Part shown: positions 61,594 through 64,000 of the stretch, in pieces
Layout of the letters: each line of letters begins with the position of its first letter
How positions within the stretch are numbered: the first letter of the stretch is position 1
Origin: Alphaproteobacteria bacterium
GTDB lineage: Bacteria; Pseudomonadota; Alphaproteobacteria; MPNO01; UBA830
DNA: 64,000 bases
Direction of reading: 5' to 3'
Assembly: GCA_965243135.1 (NCBI GenBank)
Contig: OZ251539.1
Span: 5,600,001-5,664,000, forward strand
Notes under the pieces: model-generated
The model's input: the letters and a program-made list of their open reading frames with translations, nothing else
Told to the model about the DNA's origin: nothing
Database searches by the model: none
Translations under genes and position numbers: made by a program

Positions 61594-62931
61594 ATGACCA
61601 CAGACGCGATCGGACGGCCCGCGAGCCGGTCGATGCTCAGCGATATACCCGGTGGCGACGGATTGCCGCTTCTCGGCCACACGCCCGCTTTTCTGCGCGA
61701 TCCGCTTGCACTCTACGCGCGGTTCAGGGAGGAACACGGTCCGGTCTGCAAGATGCACGCCTTCGGGCGCTGGATCGTAGTGCTGCACGGTGCGGACGCC
61801 CTGCAGATGGTCCTGATGGATCGCGACAGGAACTTTTCGTCCTTTCACGGTTGGGTCGTCCTGCATCGACTCTTTCCCAACGGGCTTATGCTGCGCGACT
61901 TCGACGATCACCGCGCGCACCGGCGGATCATGCTGGCGGCCTTCAGGCCCGCCCCTCTGGCCGATTACGTGGATCGGATGAACGAACGCATTTCCGCCGT
62001 TCTGGACGACTGGCCCGTCGGGCGCGCCTTTCCGTTTTACCGCGCGGTCAAGGAGTTGACGCTGGACCTTGCAGCGTCCGTTTTTCTCGGGCTCGACATC
62101 GGGCCGCAGGCCAGACGGATCAACCGCGCGTTCGTGAACGAGCTCAACGCTTCGACCGCCGTCGTTCGCAAGCCGATCATGGGAAACGCCATGTGGCGCG
62201 GCGTTCGCGCGCGCGCCGTCATGCTCGATTTCTTTCGCGAACTGGTGGCCGCGCGGCCGGACGGCGTCGACATGGTCAGCCAGCTCTGCCGCGCCCGGTC
62301 GGAGGACGGGGCGTTCTTTGCCGACGAGGAGATCGTCGATCATCTCAACTTCCTTCTCATGGCCGCGCATGACACCACTACGAGCGCGTTGACCACCATG
62401 ACCTGGGCTCTGGCGGAACATCCGCAATGGCAGGATGTCCTTCGCGCGGAAGCGGAAGACATTGGCGGCGACCGCGTCTCCTACGACGAAATGGAGAAGG
62501 CGGAACGGACCGAGCGCGTTTTCAAGGAGGCGCTGCGGTTGCGTCCCCCCGTTCCGTTCATTCCGCGCTACGCGCTCGAATCCTTCGATTACGCCGGCCG
62601 CACCGTTCCCGGGCGGACTCACGTTTCCATCAGCCCCGGTCTTGTCGCGCGCGACCCGGAACTGTGGACGGATCCGCTCGCATTCGATCCTGATCGCTTC
62701 GCGCCGGAAAGAGCCGAGGATCAGCGTCATCGTTTCGCTTGGTCGCCGTTCGGCGGCGGAGCGCACAAGTGCATCGGGATGCATTTCGCGACGTTGCAGG
62801 TCAAGGCCTTTACCGCCCAGTTTCTTCGTCGTTTCCGCCTGGAACTGCCGGAAGGCGACGAGATTCGCTGGCGGCATTTGCCGATTCCGAAGCCGAAGAA
62901 CGACCTTCCTGTCGTTTTGCGCCGTGCGTAG
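61594..62931 (+). CDS. Cytochrome P450 (CYP136-like)
   Basis: AAHDTT I-helix, EALR, FDPDRF, FGGGAHKCIG heme motif. Confidence 0.95.
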   Translation: MTTDAIGRPASRSMLSDIPGGDGLPLLGHTPAFLRDPLALYARFREEHGPVCKMHAFGRWIVVLHGADALQMVLMDRDRNFSSFHGWVVLHRLFPNGLMLRDFDDHRAHRRIMLAAFRPAPLADYVDRMNERISAVLDDWPVGRAFPFYRAVKELTLDLAASVFLGLDIGPQARRINRAFVNELNASTAVVRKPIMGNAMWRGVRARAVMLDFFRELVAARPDGVDMVSQLCRARSEDGAFFADEEIVDHLNFLLMAAHDTTTSALTTMTWALAEHPQWQDVLRAEAEDIGGDRVSYDEMEKAERTERVFKEALRLRPPVPFIPRYALESFDYAGRTVPGRTHVSISPGLVARDPELWTDPLAFDPDRFAPERAEDQRHRFAWSPFGGGAHKCIGMHFATLQVKAFTAQFLRRFRLELPEGDEIRWRHLPIPKPKNDLPVVLRRA

Positions 62932-63045
62932 GTTGACGGAGGAAGCGGAGTCCGCCGGCCGGAGAGCTTCCTCCCGGAGGCCGAAAGAACCGGTGCCGAG
63001 CGGCGTCCGCAGGCGCAACGGCGATCAAGCCGAGAGGAGATCGAT

Positions 63046-63876
63046 ATGGCGCATGAGCCGGAAGTAGCGCTGTCGCCCGTCGACATTAAGTCCTATGAAC
63101 AGCGGGGAGTCGCGCTTCTCGAGGGCGCGATCGGCGAGCGTTGGCTGAAGTCTCTCGCCGCCGCCATCGAGCGCGACATCTCCGATCCGGCGCCGGGTTA
63201 CCACGGATACGAAAATCAGGAGGGCCGGTTTCACGGCAATTTCGATCTCTGGCGGACCGACGAAGACTTCGCCGACTACTGCCTGCACTCGCCGTTGCCC
63301 GCCCTCGCCGCGGCGTTCATGAACAGCGGCGAGGTGAAACTGCTTTACGACCAGTTGTTCGTGAAGGAACCGGGCACGCCGGTTCGGACTCCGTGGCACA
63401 ACGATCAGCCTTATTTTCCGGTTTCGGGATGGAACGTGATCTCGTTCTGGCTCGCTCTCGATCCGGTCACCGTTGATAGCGGCGCCGTGGAGTACGTTGC
63501 CGGTTCGCACCTCTGGGACCGGTGGTTCCAGCCTCGCACTTTCGCAGCGGGCGGCTTTCGCTACGACGAGAACCCGAAATACGAGCCGGTTCCGGACGTA
63601 GAGGCTGACCGGGATTCCTACGATATCGTCGCGTTCGAGATGCAGCCGGGCGATGTGCTCGCCTTCCACGCCCTTTCGTTGCATGGCGCGGGAGGAAATC
63701 TGCGCCGCGATGTGCGCCGTCGCGGCTACACCGTTCGTTACACAGGGGACGGCGTGGTCTATGATCCGCGCGTCGGCACCAATCCCGGGCTTCACCGCGC
63801 CGATCATCCGGTCGGCGCACCGCTTGATCCCGCCGTCTTTCCTGTGGCCTGGCCGGACCAGCCGGCTTCGAACTGA
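63046..63876 (+). CDS. Phytanoyl-CoA dioxygenase (PhyH) family
   Basis: KEPG, TPWHND, WLALD, GSH, PGDVLAFH..LHGA; AGGAG RBS. Confidence 0.93.
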   Translation: MAHEPEVALSPVDIKSYEQRGVALLEGAIGERWLKSLAAAIERDISDPAPGYHGYENQEGRFHGNFDLWRTDEDFADYCLHSPLPALAAAFMNSGEVKLLYDQLFVKEPGTPVRTPWHNDQPYFPVSGWNVISFWLALDPVTVDSGAVEYVAGSHLWDRWFQPRTFAAGGFRYDENPKYEPVPDVEADRDSYDIVAFEMQPGDVLAFHALSLHGAGGNLRRDVRRRGYTVRYTGDGVVYDPRVGTNPGLHRADHPVGAPLDPAVFPVAWPDQPASN

Positions 63877-64000
63877 TCCCGCGGCTCGACGATGACGGCC
63901 AATGCGCTGGCGGCGACCGGCGTAAGCACAGGGGCGACGAAACCGCGATCCGGGTGCGCCGGCCGCTTCGCAGCGTCGGCCAAATCCTCTCCGGAGAAGC

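Overview
A GC-rich bacterial window, probably alphaproteobacterial. The expanded AAA/PD-(D/E)XK paralogs, Rpn gene, beta-helical autotransporter and catabolic reductive dehalogenase resemble marine sponge-symbiont genomes (inference). About three quarters is intact catabolic or housekeeping coding sequence: an 8-gene acyl-CoA beta-oxidation operon, GMC oxidoreductase, VOC protein, LLM monooxygenase, ETF-QO, ABC-F, UbiD, TauD, LigA/LigB-like dioxygenase, MetE-like protein, FAH/HpcD/reductive dehalogenase/ApbA, Dpp-type ABC transporter, P450 and PhyH. Between these lie accessory islets of defence/TA and mobile genes, many of them decayed: MT-A70 + BglII-like RM, KTSC, IS607 and ISKra4-like remnants, Panacea TA, Rpn, AAA_21 + DUF3226, three AAA-PD-(D/E)XK paralogs and two AAA_14-DUF4143 genes. 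Signals not visible in the ORF track include a UGA-recoded selenoprotein with a candidate SECIS (50886-51353), a ligA/ligB pair split by a tandem duplication, a Panacea antitoxin paired with a membrane protein frameshifted in an A7 tract, and an intact internal Rpn antitoxin ORF. No rRNA, tRNA or CRISPR array was seen. All family calls are motif recognition by eye; no database searches were run.
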